64,000 nucleotides of DNA, from NCBI RefSeq assembly GCF_009834535.1, contig NC_045697.1:102612001-102676000 (forward strand), given 5' to 3'. A model generated the notes under the pieces. That model was not told the origin of the DNA. It made no database searches and worked only from the letters and a program-made list of their open reading frames with translations. This DNA is from Camelus ferus (lineage: Eukaryota). The translations under genes were made by a program, and so were the position numbers. This document shows positions 63,015 to 64,000 of this stretch, piece by piece (position 1 is the first letter of the stretch; every line of letters starts with the position of its first letter).

Positions 63015-63088
63015 TTTTAATTTTTTATTGAAGTACAGTCAATTACAGTGTGTCAACTTCTGGTGTACAGCACAATGTCCCAGTCTTG
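63015..63088 (-). mobile_element. Very short L1 3' tip
   Basis: ttttattgaagtacagtcaattacagtgtgtcaacttctggtgtacagcacaatgtcccagtc. Confidence 0.8.
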
Positions 63089-63772
63089 CTCTATTTGATT
63101 CTAATTAGATCCATGTGCCAATAGCCACACCTACAATTTTTTTCAAGCCCCTCCCCCGACCTCCCACTTACAAGCAGTTTGAGCTTATTGGTCTTTCATT
63201 GGCTTGATATGCCCTTAGCTCTTTCCCCTGAGCCATTCTGTCCAGCTGAGCGGATTTATTTGTGGGGAAGGGGATCCATAATACATTTGGAGGTTTTAAC
63301 AAGGGGTGTGGTAGCCACGCCCCTTGATTTATTCTTTGACCCAAGAGTAAGTTTTAATCGGCCACTGTTGCTCAAAGCATTTCTAAATTTTACCTTTTAC
63401 TGGTAGATGGGAGAAATGGTTACACAGTTCAACCCTGCAAGTCTCAACACTTCTAAATTCTCTTTTTCCTCTCTTCCCAGCTTGGCCAATTCTTTTCTGA
63501 GCTCATTTCTTCTTTACAGTCACTTGTCAAACGCATCTAATAGCAATTGTGGCACTGCAGTGACATTCTGTTTTACCACATCTTAACTGAAGGTCATAGA
63601 TACATTAAGCATACTTCTGCCTTTATCTAGGACAGCCATTATACAAAATAGTCACCACTCCGTATCATAGATTGCCATTTTTCCCCCGTCTTTAATTAAA
63701 GTTTCCTTGTCATACACTGGCCAGAAGCTAATGTCACCTCTCTTAGGATTTCTGTTACACAGCATTTCACTC

Positions 63773-64000
63773 TTTGTACCGAGTTGGCTTTGCTGTAATA
63801 ACAGATGACCCCCCAAATCTCTGTGGCACATAAAATAAAGGTTTACTTAGCACTATTGTTGCATGTAGGCTGCTGGTCCACATGGTTCTCATTTTCAGAC
63901 CCAGGCTGGAGAAGCAACCCCCTATATAGGACACGCAATCCTCATGGCACAGGGAAGGCAGTATAATAAATATACACACTAACCATTTAATGACACTTAT
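63773..64000 (-). mobile_element. Old MLT1 LTR fragment (runs off the window)
   Basis: ggctttgctgtaataacagatgaccccccaaatctctgtggc...aaaggtttact. Confidence 0.65.

Noticed and set aside
1..64000. CRISPR arrays, operons or prokaryotic defence systems
   Set aside because: The sequence is mammalian repeat-rich DNA with no regularly spaced repeat-spacer structure and no gene-dense ORFs.

Overview
This window is mammalian non-coding DNA, probably from a camelid (alpaca, llama or camel). That assignment rests on five tRNA-Ala-derived Vic-1-like SINEs, artiodactyl-type L1 3' ends, and no visible Alu, BovB or PRE-1. It is AT-rich and CpG-poor, and roughly two thirds is recognisable transposable-element debris: L1M, young L1 3' ends, HAL1, L2, MIR, MaLR/ERV LTRs and hAT/Tigger DNA transposons. 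I cannot support any intact protein-coding gene, RNA gene or CRISPR array; the ORF track is explained by repeats and chance. The most structured object is an ancient, internally deleted two-LTR ERV-L provirus (~49131-55994). Its protease and RT motifs are still readable, it carries six nested younger insertions, and it sits inside an old L1. Other notable signals are a template-switch-like inverted duplication inside an L1MB 3' end (~6050-6540), a complex L1 insertion junction (~13411-13489), a ~345-bp purine microsatellite grown from an L1 A-tract, and a few unique-sequence islands with promoter-like or exon-like signals. I found no convincing new biological system. Repeat family names come from recognising consensus-like sequence by eye and should be confirmed with RepeatMasker/Dfam.
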